From: Phoronis australis
Taxonomy: Eukaryota; Animalia; Phoronida
Assembly (NCBI GenBank): GCA_002633005.1
Contig: NMRA01000039.1
Coordinates: 972,335-1,036,334, forward strand
DNA length: 64,000 bases
Direction of reading: 5' to 3'
This document shows, in pieces, positions 22,681-37,100 of this stretch (position 1 is the stretch's first letter; each line of letters starts with the position of its first letter). The position numbers were made by a program, and so were the translations under genes. Below the pieces are notes generated by a model. The model worked only from the letters and a program-made list of their open reading frames with translations. It was not told the origin of the DNA and searched no databases.

Positions 22681-23112
22681 GTTACGGAGGACTATATGGA
22701 TAAGTCTTAGTATTTAGCAAAGTATTTACAAAACTATTTAGCTCAGTGACGTAAGTATATATTTTATGAAACCAGAAAGCCTATAGACTTTGACTTCTAA
22801 CATTTTACCAATCAGCCGTTGATTGGGTTACGTGAACGTGTTTTTTAGCACAAAAAAGGTTCATCAATGTCAAAATAATGACATGACCAAATTTCATTCG
22901 ATATTAATGTTCAAGATGAATTTTTTTCGTTTTATGCAACTTTTGAGTTTTCATGAAAATCGCAGAAGTTCTACTTTTAATAGCATCTCATGCAAAAATG
23001 GAACATTTTAAAAACAATTCTGAGCAGCGTTTGAAGTACTGAGTGCATGAAGCATTAACTTGTTCTAAAGTAGGTCAAATTTGGACATTTATCAAAGGGT
23101 CTTACATAACCT
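22681..23112. mobile_element. Degenerate Kolobok-type MITE (TTAA target); relatives at ~400-770 and ~42930-43310
   Basis: TTAA|GGTTACGGAGGAC ... GTCTTACATAACC|TCAA; the same end (GTCCTATGTAACC|TTAA) occurs at ~755-771. Confidence 0.45.
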
Positions 23113-24254
23113 CAACTTTTTTGACAAGCAGGGCACTCAGCTCTACTGAATATGTGTCTAACCCATCTTGAGATCCAAAATGAAGTCTATTTCATTTTAA
23201 GTTTGGGCTTTTCAAAAAGCTCTTTTGTTCAAATTCATAGGCAAGGACAGGTTATTTTTTCGAAAGGCAGGACAGAAAAAGGCAGTTCTTTCTAATTTAG
23301 TTAGTTCAGATTATATGTATCACACTGCAGAGACCTGCATAAACAAACAGGTTCAGGTCGAAGACCCAAACACCTGGAGGAGTATAATTTCCAAAAAGAC
23401 ACCATCACATTGTTATCCTTTCATCAAAACAAATTGCAGACACTTCTGGTTGGTATTTTATCTAACAGCCATACTATTATATGTTACTTTTCCTCATCTT
23501 ATGCAAGGAATAGTGGTCTAATATGGTAGTTGGTATCTTATCCTGCTTTTCCTTACATAAGACACAAGTCTATGAATCTAAGTATAAATGCCAGTCTGAA
23601 TCGGTGTCAAATAACCAGTTCTTCCCAAGCTGAGCAACGAGAAAGATTCTGAGAAAGGTTAAAGCTGCAGTAAATTTTATACAAGTCATTGGAATAATTA
23701 AATGCGAGCGAGAAGTCCTTGAAAATTATTATAGCACCGAGGTGTATTGAGGCTTTAAACAATTTGTATCCATAACTAGAGCACCAATGAAAGGAGAAAA
23801 GTCTGAAATTTGCACTCATTTTGTCTGTTAGCGGCAGTGCATGATCACTCAATAACAGACTGCTGTCTTTGCAAAGAGAATTTCAATGTATGGTCTGCAG
23901 CAAACTTATCACAGTGGCTAAACTTTATACACTCTCCTTAATGTGTGAGCAACATTCTCTTGAGTAATTGCATTGCCGTGCACTGACTTTGAGGCTAAGA
24001 AATTTCCAGGAGGAATATAAACATGACACAAGCAGACCATTTAGATGAATCAATTTCTCTGTTTGTAAATGGTATTCTATGTTCCTCACGCAAGAAACCT
24101 ATAGGTAACTAAAGTCACTTATCTAGTTACAAATAGGCTTCATAGAAGTTAGTGAGGTGCATATTGTGTGACCAACAGAGGGGACGCTCAGAAGCAAGCT
24201 AGAGTACCACAGCATGGTAGCCAGCATGCATACAACATGGGACCTTCGACCTTA

Positions 24255-25123
24255 TTAAAGATATGAAGACTCCTCCTCTTCATTTACATGCTCAGCATGC
24301 CCATGAATACGAATGAAATCGCAGAGGGACAGAGCGCCATCAGTGGGCAACTGAAGTGACACACTTTCAAGTTCAACTGCTGTGACGTCTGATTGGCTGT
24401 TATGATCACAAGACAAATTCTTCTGAAGTGTTGAAAAATCAAACGGATCGGTTGAAAGCCCTCCCTGGTCACTTTGATACTCATAATTTGACGAGTGTTC
24501 ATTTAAACTGGCAATGAATATACTTTTGTTTTCTAGCTTGGAAGCATTTGCTGATAGCCACTCTGGACTGGAATCACTTTCTGCGAAACCGGAATCTGCC
24601 AAAAACTGGTCAATATCACTATCTATTGAATCCACTGAACTGAGTCTGTTTTCGTGTACGCGTGTCATTCTTGTCGTTCGACTACAGTTTTCATCACATG
24701 ACGAATGAGCGGACAGTTCAGTGCAAACTGATAGGTCGTGTTTAGGAATGGCTACCGCACTCGTTGTATTCATCGAGTGAACCTCAGCATTAACAGTAAA
24801 TGAGTTTATAGCACCATGGGTGGCAGATTCGTCTAGTCTTTGTGGGCGATTGGCGGAATAGGAAATGGAGCGTGCCCTGTAATTAGCGAAATCTTCCATG
24901 CTGACGTCGGTTACTCCTTCATTCGGTTCATCGAAATCTGTGTTCAGGTCATCACAACCTTCCACGTAGAAGTTTAAGAGGGAACTTCTATCAGTAAGAT
25001 CTAGATCCTTAAACTCCACGTTACTTGTCGAGAACTCGCCGTTATCAAAAGTTGAGTCGTCATTTGACATACCACTACTATCAATGCTTGGACACAGTGA
25101 TTTGGTCTCAAACGGACTAAGAC
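24255..25123 (-). CDS. GRASP: GRASP/CYTIP-like terminal exon (Ser/Asp-rich tail, C-terminal EEEESSYL)
   Basis: ttttcag|GT CTT AGT CCG; open to TAA at 24255. Confidence 0.87.
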
Positions 25124-28100
25124 CTGAAAATGCAACAGGCACGGGTTAGTATTGATTGACAGCAGAAAATGAAGCACAAGGTTTTTTGTGTATAGACTCA
25201 TGTTAACCCAACACAGCCATTGACCATTAAAACTTTAGTTTTTGCACTGACACAGTTGCATGATGAGCAAACACTCACCTGCAATTGCAAAATAATAACC
25301 ACCAGCTACTGAAAAGGACAAGATTCTATAAAGTTATCAACATGAACAAAGAAGATGACTTAAGTGTGGAAAAATCTCACTAATATCAGAACAAAAATCA
25401 TTGCTCAACTTGCCTTCAATAGTTTTCAAGGGATTTTAATACTATCTTGCTCAATCATGATGACTTAGTTTTTGGGCTGAAATGTCTGTAAAGGTCAGAC
25501 AAGATTGCTACAAACAGGCAGGGGTTATTGCTGACAACCATCTCAGTTCCTAATACCCAAACAAAAGAAGTGAGTATAAGCAATTCATAAAAGTCCAAGG
25601 TTGTGGTAGGTGGCTATTGTGAAGCAATCATTACTTTGGGAGTTGGGAAAACCATGTAGTGCCCAATCATAAGATTTTCTTACCAGAAAAAGTAAAAGTT
25701 AAACAGGGAAAATTTGCCAGACATTTTACCATGAGGCTGAGCTCACCACATGGGCTTGTGTATGCAAGCTCCCACTACCAACACATACAGGCTTCAAACA
25801 CTCTACTAAATTTTTGCACGCATAATAATGTCAGTTATTCACCTTGCAGTAAACGTCTTTCCTGGACATCCAAGGCCCGGAACTCAAATATTTTTTCTTG
25901 AAGCACAGCCTGAAACGTAAAACATACCGTTACTATAGGAACTGTTGCTTTAAAGCAATATTCGCTGTGATAGACCAGCATTTGTAATAACATGGATGGT
26001 TGGCAATAGTGGTTCTTGTACTTAGCTATAGTGACACAGTACAGGTGTCATAGAATGAGTGTATTTCTAATGAAGGGGCAAAGAATTCGGATTTAGAACT
26101 GAACATTGAGAAGCCCTGAACCGGCTGAGCAACCTCAAGCAGGACCTAACTATAGCAACAACCTTTATACCTTTAATTTCAGGAACCTCAAGTGAAGGTC
26201 CACCTTTCGTACACAGTCTTCAAATAGCACCACCATCCTAACAATTGAGAAAAAAATTTAAATATGAGATTACACCGTGAACTTTTATTTGTAACGTGTC
26301 GTTTTGATACCACAGATTACGGCGTTATTGTACAGATTTGGTCTCCAATGTATTTGAGGAATCATAACGTTTCCGAACTAAAGTTATAATCCTATGAAAT
26401 CAAAAAAAGCGTGACAACATTTTTTTACAGATTTATAAGGCCCTTTCATACTAATGTCAATGTTTTGAGGAGACTTGTGGTCAGTGTGAACAGTTAACTT
26501 TGGTCCTGGATCGAAGTTAACAGTGCCAGTGAACTTTGCAGTAAACAGGTGGATTTAACATCAAAGCATCGACACTGTAGTGCTGTATGAACAGTCAACT
26601 TCAGTCTCATCGAAGTTATCACAAGGGGCCACTGCTATAGTCAACAACTAAAAAGCACTGTCATCGCTAATAGCTGCTTATATTTTGCTCGAAAAATCAC
26701 CAATCAAATTAGAAATAAGTTTTATGTCAATCAGCACAGGTAAACGTTCTCAAATTGTCTTAATAAAAAAAAATCTTAGCGCGCATTGAAGATGTATCAG
26801 CGTTACCTAGGGTTGCAATTATTTCATTGACAACAGTGTCACCTACAGTTACCTTCAATGCCGTTAACTACCGAAGCAGGTATGAACGATTCGATTAACT
26901 TCGCAGTTTGCATTGATGCTCCACTCTGATACCAGAGTTAAGTTAATATGAAAGGGCCTATATTGCTTGAAACAGCATGCACTCCTGGCTATAAAGTGTA
27001 CATTACTGAGACCAAGGAAATTAAAATGGAAATAATTCTAATTTAACAAATTCCATCTGTTTCACTATAATAAGCAGCCAATTTATTGCCGAACACTTAA
27101 AGCGGTGTACTTTAAACCGTGGGTGGGCCATTTTGCTCTTGACAGAATAAACTTTTATAACTGCAGGATTGGCATAAAAGCCATGGAAAATGAATGGTTA
27201 ATTACTTTCTCACTTCTTTCCACAATCAGTGTTTGTAACCAAGAAGTTGTTGCCAGGTACTGATTGACAAAATTTTGATAATTTTCAAGAATGTTGTAAG
27301 CCTTTAAAAAACAGAAAGAAAAACGTCATGATTGACAACACTTTTGTACTGCTCAAATTTGAAGAAACTAAACTGTGTTTATTATTTTAGAATCCTGCAT
27401 CAGCCTCTACAGTATACCTCATTGTTTCTTGACAGCTGCGTATAAACTGAACCAACTCCTTGTGACTAAGCGTTTCAACGGACGTTCCATTGATGGACAG
27501 TATAACGTCACCTGAAAGTCATAGCATCGTTACTGTTGGGTTACAATACCATATCTTCATGGCAAACGTCAACAGATTCCTCAGAAAAAATCACCCACCA
27601 ATGTCCAAACTGAATGTATTCAAAAAGCAAGCCAGGAAATCCATCGGTGTTTTACACTTCGGGGCCCGTTCCAAGAAAATTGTTAGTTAGCTAAGACAAA
27701 TCTTAAATTTCAGTCAGTTGTAAGAGAAAACTGAAATTTACCTCAAGTCTGTTTCCAGAAAGAGATCTTAAGTTTGACTTACGTTTTGTCTTACTTTTGA
27801 CTAACTTACCGGACGTGGAAGTTTCAAAGTTTGGAGGTTGAGACAAATCGTGGAACTGAAGTCAAAAATGAACTTAAATCAGCTGGAACTGGCCCCATTA
27901 TACTACGAGAGAAACATAAACCAGGCACGGATCCAGGATCTTAACCAGGGAGGGGTCCGACGAGGGACGAACATGGGGGTGCTTGAGATTTCTCAGTTTA
28001 CACAATGCGGGCCATGCACCTCTGGATCCACGCCTAAGTCAGTTTTCATTTGATTCAACAATTAAACTCCCTTGGTTAAAAATCACAAGAACTCTCATGT

Positions 28101-31100
28101 TACAAAAGACCCTCCTGGAACCTATCAAATACATTCATTATTACCGGGTGAAGGTGGCAGTAATCAAATCAAATTGTATGTAATAGTTGTACTTGTACTA
28201 AGGCATGTCAACGAGCAAATATTAACAAAATCCTGGCTCGTTCATGATAATGTGGTTCACGTTCCACAACTGTATTCCATGCAACATTACTGACATTGTT
28301 AAGCCCATCATCGAGAATATACAGAATGTGGGAAACGGCAAAATGTCAGACAAAAAGATGGTAAACTAATCCACCGATAAAACTCAAAATGAAACAAACC
28401 GAAAATGCTGCTTATCTACAATGAAACCAGATGTGTCAGACAATTTTCTGTGTTTTTTGTGAACAGATTCCTGGGATTTGAACTGCCAGAAACCATTCTG
28501 CACACACTGCTGGTAAATTTCAGAGCAAGATTCGCCCGCCTCGTTATCTATGGTTCATATCACTCGTGTCTGCATCAGAAAGCCATACGTTATGCTCAGC
28601 TAATATCTGCACTAAGAGTGGTTGTTTTTTGCTAAAATTATATTATTAATAGAAGGATTATATTTTACTTTCTCAGTACATAAAATCGGGCTTAAAAACA
28701 TCCAAGATCAAAAAGCCATATATGTGAGGTATGATTTTGCATGACTTTTCTCCATGAATTAAAAAACATCTCAAAAATAACCTCCCATTTCAATGTAAAA
28801 TTTGTGCCTTCCCAAATCAAAACAGCTAGACTATGCCAGTAATGAGTAACATGAAGGGCCAGCTAATAGTAAGATACAAGAACTCAATTATACAGCTACC
28901 GTATTCGCCGTAATAACCGCCCATGCCCCTATAAGCGCCCCCCCCACACGTTTTCAGACTTTGCTGAAATAAGCGCCCAGTCCATGAACGTGTACATGCG
29001 AACAATGACGTACCTACAGTCCTAAAACTCGGCTACAGTAACGTCTTCAATTTATCAAAAAATTTTTGCACGGGTCCTCTAGACCATCAGCGGCACTGCT
29101 ACGTTTGTATTTAGCCGTGACTTTACACTTCAAAGTAACGCAGCCCTTCAAAAAGAACGCAACAGCGTTTCTACACTCTCGCGACGACCACTTCGTAATA
29201 TGGTCTGACCTTTCAGTAGACACATCGACTGTCTCATGAACAAAAATAACTCGGTGTTAAACGCACGTGGCCAGGAAGCGCGCGCTACATACATGAACCT
29301 GTCATCAAAGACATTAGTCGGGAACTATCCATTCATGAAACGGGTAGCATAGCATCGATAAGAAATGAATATTGGTACTAATTTCCGACAATTTCTAATA
29401 CTATAAAACATGTTTGCGTTATTTTTGATATGGATTGTTTGATTAACCATAACTGGTGTTTTTAAGCCGAATATCCGATAAAATGACAACTGACAGTGAA
29501 TGCTTACACACCCTTACACCGAAAAATAACTGTTAGATAGTTACGTACGCATCCAGCTACACAGCGACTAATATGGGCCTTATAACCGAGACGAATGTTG
29601 AAAGTTTTTAGCATGAGACCGGCAAGTGCTGAATGAAACACGCTCTGGTTTCAGCCTTAACTGCTTGTGCAAATTTCTTTAGACACATCTAGCTAGTTAG
29701 ATTGCGTGGCTCTGGCCAAAAGACGGTCTCTGCTTTGGCAAATGAACTCTGGTGACACGCACGCGCTCGCTTACTCGCAGACGAACTTCAAAACAAACGT
29801 CACGTGACAACAACATGTGTGTTCGTCCAGACATTTTTCTCGCCGTGTTGCCGATCATACATGTAGATGGCATGATGTTGCACAGATTTGTACTTAAACC
29901 TGCCGTTAATCCAGACTCCACGGGAACTTAAAAAATCTTGGAGACGCTACTTATAAAACTTAATGAGGATTTCAGGTAATTTGCTTGAGTCGAAAAAATT
30001 TGTATTCAAGCATTGACGTCGCCATATCGAAGACGGCAATTTCGAGGCAGTCAGTCGGAGAGTTTTCGCCCTGGGATTTCAGCACAATTTTCTGTAACAT
30101 GATCGTAATTTAGCAGCAAAGGTTGATAGCAATGCACCACAGTTTTGTTGAAAGTCTTTCATAGATTACATATACGTCATAGAGTGTAAATTTGATGATT
30201 CTTAGCTTCCGATTTCACCCGTTTCGGAAACCGGGTTTCAATCGCCTTGGGTTATAATAAGCGCCCCCCTGAACCGAACTTTTCTAAGCGCCCTGGGCGG
30301 TTATTACAGCGAATACGGTAGTTCAATACGTGCACATTGTCGGTGTGCAGAAATCGAGATTCTTAACTATTTTGCAAAGTGCACGCTTTTGAATTTTCCA
30401 GGCTTGGTAGACATTTGATTGACAGCTGCACTTACCAGGTCTCATACCCCCATTGTATCCAGCACCACCGAACTCTACATAGTCGACATAAGTAAGATCT
30501 TCAATGGTATTACTGAAGGTATTGTGAATACCATAAGTCTGAAATGATGAAAATAACTTTCTTTAAAAACTCACACTTTTTTAATTGACAGAGTAGACAA
30601 GTATGGTAAAATCTTACCAAGTTTGGACGAAAACAATTGTCAAAGCTTCCCAACAATAAATTGTTTTGAAAATCTACAATTTCTCAAAATGTTGTCTGAT
30701 ACACAACATTCCCATTATTCATGCATGAATCATGTTCTGTATGTTACAACTGTTCTTAGCCAGACTGGTGTAGTAGTCTATTACTTTTACTTGTCAGATA
30801 TCTGAGTAAAAACCCTCATGATCATTAAATGCACTGACTTTCGATCAAATTCTCACTCGGATGACGTGTTCTCAGGTACCAAAATGTTAAAAATAAATTT
30901 ATCAACAGCAATAATCAAACAAGTGGGCAGAGTTAACAGTCATATGGTTTTGATAATAAGATTTCAAATACAGAGCTTACAGTACACGTCAGAAGTATTC
31001 AGAGAAAATGTCCCCGCCGAATTCTGAGTCATGACGGCTGGGCGAAAGTCAAAATCATCGTCAGCAAGTTTTTCCTCCTGACTAAGAATGAAGAGGAAGC

Positions 31101-34100
31101 AACAGGAAAGTTTGCAAAATGGCCGAAAGCCATTCTGGCTATTCAGAATTTTGCTCCCATAATAGTTAATACTCAAAGTTACTACCAGTCATTTTTGCTG
31201 GTAACAGAATTAGTCGTCATGACACAGAAACGGTATTCTGTCCGATTACATAAATTTGTCTTGAACTGTTAGTATATTTGACTACTGGAAAATTAGCATT
31301 TGAATGTCAAAATGTTTGCCTAAAACAATTTACAGCAAATGTGCATCATATTTTGGACTGCGCCAATAATTGGAATCAGGCTGGTCTTGGCCTCATGTGG
31401 AACACTTTAGTAAAACCCAGGAGGAAATTATTAAAATATTTTGGGAGTGAAACTTTGTTTTACAAAATGGTAGACATTGGCGTATGTTCAATTTAACATT
31501 GAATATTTGCATTAAATGAAAAGTTTTAAGGTTGGACAAAAACACAAATAACATGCAATTGAGGTTGTCTGTGCGCAAAGATTAGGCCCATGCACTATAA
31601 ATAATTTAACAAAAAAGTTTCGTTGAAAATTGCATTATTTCAGAAACAAGTTCATTCAAACGTGGGAAGAGCATGCCAATAAATATATCTTGAAACTTCT
31701 ACATGTTGTTTACTGCTTTGAAATATTTTTTGTTATATTTACCTCTACGAGCAAAAAAAATTGAAAGACCAAATGGCTGGACCAGTCGAGCAATCAACAC
31801 TGTTACATACTGACCACTGACATTACAATAGTCCTCTGGGTTAATGCCCAGGCCACCTAAATTGAGGACTCAAAGGGGGAGTGCTAATAGGCCAAGCAAA
31901 AGGGCATCTCAAAAAAAGTCTTTCAAAAATTCGGAGTTGATTTACTCAAGCAAATGTCTTTACGACAATATTAGAATGAGCATGTGACAAAAAATTTCAG
32001 GTCTCCTTCAATAAAGAGCTAGGGCCTTAGGTGGAGATGAAGCTCATAGTTTATACCTCAAAGATTAGTGAGTTGTGCACATTTTGGGAGCCTGTATCCG
32101 TGTCTCTACCATGGCTAAAATAAAGGTAAGTTTTGGGAAATGGCAGGCATTCACAAAACAGCTGGAATCACTTTCGAAAAAGGAAAAAGGATCAACCTTG
32201 ACAACTGCTTGTTCTCAAATTGGTGAAATTTTGCAATACAAAGTAAAACGCTTTGTTAAGAAGCAGTTTCCAAATTTGCTTCCTGTTGTATCAAACTATT
32301 AATAACCCAACATAATATTTAGCCTCTTTCAACAAAAGCTGTCGTATCTTTTCAAAATGAAGAATTTAACGATGAACATTTCTTCATCACCAGAAATTCA
32401 CAGTCAAGACCATGTGTTATGTAAATTTAAACTGTAGATTCTGATGTAAAAAACCAGTGCACAACATGTGATTTGAAGACCAAGTTTCCCTTTGGCGGAA
32501 TTATACTAGTTGACAAAACTTTTTGATATCAATGATTAAAATCATACCAAACCCGGTTTTGGACTATAAACAGATACCACAAAACGAATTACCCATTCAG
32601 TTCTCTAAAATAAAATAATGTTCTGTAACCCTTGACAACCCTCAAAAGTTTAGAAGAAAATTTGAAAACTCGAGTCATAGATTTCTCTGCTAAATTGTAC
32701 AGAAAACACACTGTCACATGAGATGTGTAATGCGAGATTGCTATGAAGTTAATAAAAATCAAATTCTACAAGCTTCCTACTTTCATGAAATATAAACATT
32801 TAACAAGTTAAAATTCATAGTTTTGCTGATATCTAATGGCTGAATACATAGACTTGCTGATAAACTCCCACATAACACCAAGTTTCCTATGAGGTTGCTC
32901 AGCAAGCTTTGCATCTGTAGTATCACAAGGCCCACATAACTAATTGTTGCATAAACACTCTCCAATCCCTCATACTTGTCACCATGACAGGGAAGCTAAT
33001 CTGCCTGCTGATAATTAGTCATGATCTCCTGGTCAATCTCACAATCCAGTACCAACTCATAATTCACAAACTGATCACTAGCTGATTCACCTATATCCTG
33101 CCAATTAGAACTATGGCTTTAAAACTATGTACTAAGCAGTAAACAATACAGCCACCTCCCCTTTAGTTTCAACTCCAGCCCCCTCCTCCACGGAGTTCTA
33201 AAAGTCATCTTTCTACACAAAATTGAACTTGAAATTACCCTTTTTTGCCATTTTTTTAAGTTATTTGTGAGATCTCAAGATAAATATCCATTATTCTATG
33301 CTTGAGTACATAATGGCTTATGCGGATAACTATAATCCTAGCTTGCACTCGATGACCCAAGCATTAAGGCTAAAAGCTTGCATCTGAATTTGAAATTTTG
33401 AGTTTTTACTTGAAAGGTCGAGTTTTTACTTAAGATTGCAACTAGAATTTAGAGGTCAGCAAGAGTGAACGTTGGACTAGATACTCACATGCATGAAAGT
33501 ACCCCCTCTTTAGGTTGAAAACACATTGTACAAAATTTGAGAAATACGATGAAAGCCAAAATCGCCCTTGTCCCAAATTCCAGAAACAAGAATTTTCAAT
33601 TTTTGTTTAGTTTCTGTTGAGAATTCTTACGGTAACACAAGAAATCCAATTTCACAAGCCAGAGTTAAAAAAATCACTTATTCCAGTGTACTAATAGAAC
33701 GAATTCCTGGAAAAATAACTGCCAAAATATAAGTACTTCGTTTAGAAATAGGACTCAACATTATTCCACAAATTTCTCAAAATTAAATTGGTTTTGTTAT
33801 ATATTAAATAGTAAAAATTGCAAAAATAAAACGACGACCGTCAGCACAAAATATGTTCAAATAGTCCCCACGTTTCGAGCGATGAGCTCTTTGTTAAGGG
33901 TATGATACAGACTGCCGAATGGATGGATATAAATAAAATCGCATAGGTGACCGCTTGGTGATACACAATAGGCAGCAGGAACAATACCGGTCATTACAAC
34001 TAATCATCAAGTAGCCACCAGTGCGATTTTATTTATATCCATCCATTCGGCAGTCTGTATCATACCCTTGATATAAGAGCGCATCGCTCCAAACGTGGGG

Positions 34101-37100
34101 AATATATTTTAGTACCGATGCTCGTTGTTTTGTTATTACTGTTTTTACTATTTCATATTCTTATCCGTCAGTAACTGCACGACATTCCAGCATCTATTTT
34201 ATTTATTTGTAAGACAAATGTTAGTATTGTTTTCTGAACAAGGTAAAGCAATGGAACAACAGAAACGTCATTCAACATATCCCTGGATCATTCATAATTA
34301 AGTTTCATAGTCTGTGCCACAGGGCAATGTTGTTGTTACTGTTGCTTAAACTCAAGCAGAAGTCCAAGGGGCTTTCCCACTAAGTTACAACTAAGAACCA
34401 GCTTACTGGTTCCTAGGTAACATCCTGTACTAGCAGCAAGCTTTGACATAAACTGTAGAGTTGACTTGAGCTTTTCCATTAGCTTCTCCAGTTAATGGAC
34501 ATCAACATGATGCTTCATTGAAGTTGTCGCAAGCCAGGTGGAGTAGTATGATCTTCATCACTGTCGCAGCAGTCACTCCTGCTGACAACTTTGATGCACT
34601 GTAGTGATGCATAGATGCCTCACTATGAAATCCACCTGTTTTAACTGCGAACTAAAGTTGAGTTATTAGTTCGATTCAAGACTGCATTTAAAGTGTTCCC
34701 ACTGATCAATGTTCTCCGCTTAAACATCAAAGTGTCTACAATGGTGGGAAAGGCTTTAAAATTAACTTTTTGGAAGATTTTTTTTGGTCAATTGACATAT
34801 TAAAGGTATTTTGTACCTGAAATTTTACGACAATGAAATTAACAATTCTTCTAACCACAAGTGTTGATGTTGTAAGGAAATTGCAAAATGCAAATAACTG
34901 TGAATAACACAATTACAAGTAGCCAGCAAACAAGGTAACTTTCCCCATCAACCACACAGAATGTCATGGCATCTGGTGTACAACTACTCAGTGGTTACCA
35001 ACTCTAATTCAGGTTAACAAAGCAGTGTTTCTAAAGTGCCGTTTACACTTACAAAGTTTACACGGATCAGCTGGCACGGAACAAGTTGTTCCAGCGTATA
35101 AACGGATTGACACGGCGCAAATTGACACCGCAGTGACAATTTTTTGCCACCCGTTTGTGAGGTAGAGCAATTTGCGCCCGAACATATTGCGCGTGTCAAT
35201 TATAACTCTAAACGCGAAACTGGAGCAAGGCGGAAAAGATCATCTCTGCTGCGCTTGCGCAATGACATTCATACGGGTTCTTTGTCTCTGCAACTCTCGT
35301 CATTTGCAAACCTGCGCATGTGCGATCCAGTCTCTCCAGCCTGCAATTTCCGTCTTGTAACGTTTAGTGAGTGTATGTAAACGGTCACTTGACACGGGTC
35401 AATTTGCTCCGTGTCAGTTGCACCGCGCCAAAAGTTGATGTCTAAACGGGACTTAATTCAGGTTGACAAAGCAGTGTTTATACTAAAGATTCTCTGTTGC
35501 AGTGACAGCAGTTTTTACTTGGTGAAACAAAATTTCTCCAAGTACATTGCTTTGTTATAAAACTTTCACTTGGCGAAATAATTTCGCCAAGTATGGCTTT
35601 GACATCACGTTTCTTCTTGTTGAAATGAAATTTCAAGTATGTTCCTTTGTCATAAAATTTGTTTGTTACTTGGTGAAATAAAATTTCTCTCAGTAATAGT
35701 GCTTTTTCAGTGCTTTCAGGTTTGTTTGTTTCTTGTTTACATGCTACTGATCGCAATTCTTATCGGATCAACGTGAAATTTACACACAACACATGTCTCA
35801 TGAATGGCTCAAAGCATATTGTTTTTCGTCATGATTGGATTCAAGAAGACAGATGAGACAGCCATTTCGTTTTCAAATTCAGATTCAGAAGCTCATAGAG
35901 GCCACAATTTTTGACGTACATGACTGAAAATCTGTACGATTACTAATTTAGCAGACAAGTACTAAAACAAGTGCTGTAAATCATTGTAACAGTTATTGGG
36001 GGCCTGACTGTTATCGTCAAAAACTAAAGGGTAGTGTTGTCGCTAATAATTGCTTATATTTTTGCTCGGAGTTTATATGTCAATTAGCACATTTAAATGT
36101 TCACAAATTGTCACATTAAAAAAATCCTAACGTGCTCGAAATGCATCAGCGCTACCTTGAGATTACTTCGATGGCGAAACCGTCACCTTAACCGTTTACT
36201 TTGATGTCCGTTAACTACTGAAGCCGGTATGAACAGTTCAGTTAACTTCACACAGTTTAGGTCGATACTCCGCTCGGACTGGAGTTAAGTCAGTATGAAA
36301 GGGCTTTTCAACAAGTGTCACTCTTTAGAGCGCTTTTCCTTTTAAAAGTGAATACAAAAGTTCTGACAATTACACACTTTTCGACTGAAAAATGATCACT
36401 TTAATTCTAAACCTTGTGTTAGACATACCATGTTAAACTGTAGTGAGACTTCGAGACTTCATATGATCTGACATGCTGACAAGATAATGACGTCACAGTA
36501 TCCATAGAAACAGAATAATTTGGCTGCTAATTGCCCTGATTAAGACTAGCTCTAATCAATGTATCTGAACTACAAAAAGGAAACATGCTTACTGTACTCA
36601 CTTAACAGTAACAGTTCAAAAGAGATATGTGGAAACTCTGTGAAAATGATTATTTTCCAATGACTTTACAGATCACAGTTTCTTCCTTGTTCACTATTAA
36701 AGATTCTGAGCCAGATCAGCGTGAGTGTAAAAATATGCATCATGTTTTAATCAGTTACATATATTGTGAAGTGAATAAACAGAACCCTTGAGGACAATTT
36801 AAAGATTTTTTGATGTTACCAATAACGAGAAGACATCATATTCTAAGTTCAGCACACACAATTACGCTAATGTAGTCTCAAGTCACGTTTATAACGAAGT
36901 ATGTAAATATAACTTTCGAGGACAATTTAAACATGTCTTCATGTTACTAATAATAACAAGACAAAATTATATCTTGAGTTCACTGAGCACAATCGCATTA
37001 ACAGCCTTAACTCAACCACCACAAAGCAAAATTGGTCAGCAACAGCTCTGCAAAAAAACAAGGATGTTATTTTAACTGAGCTCAGAATTAATCAGATCCC

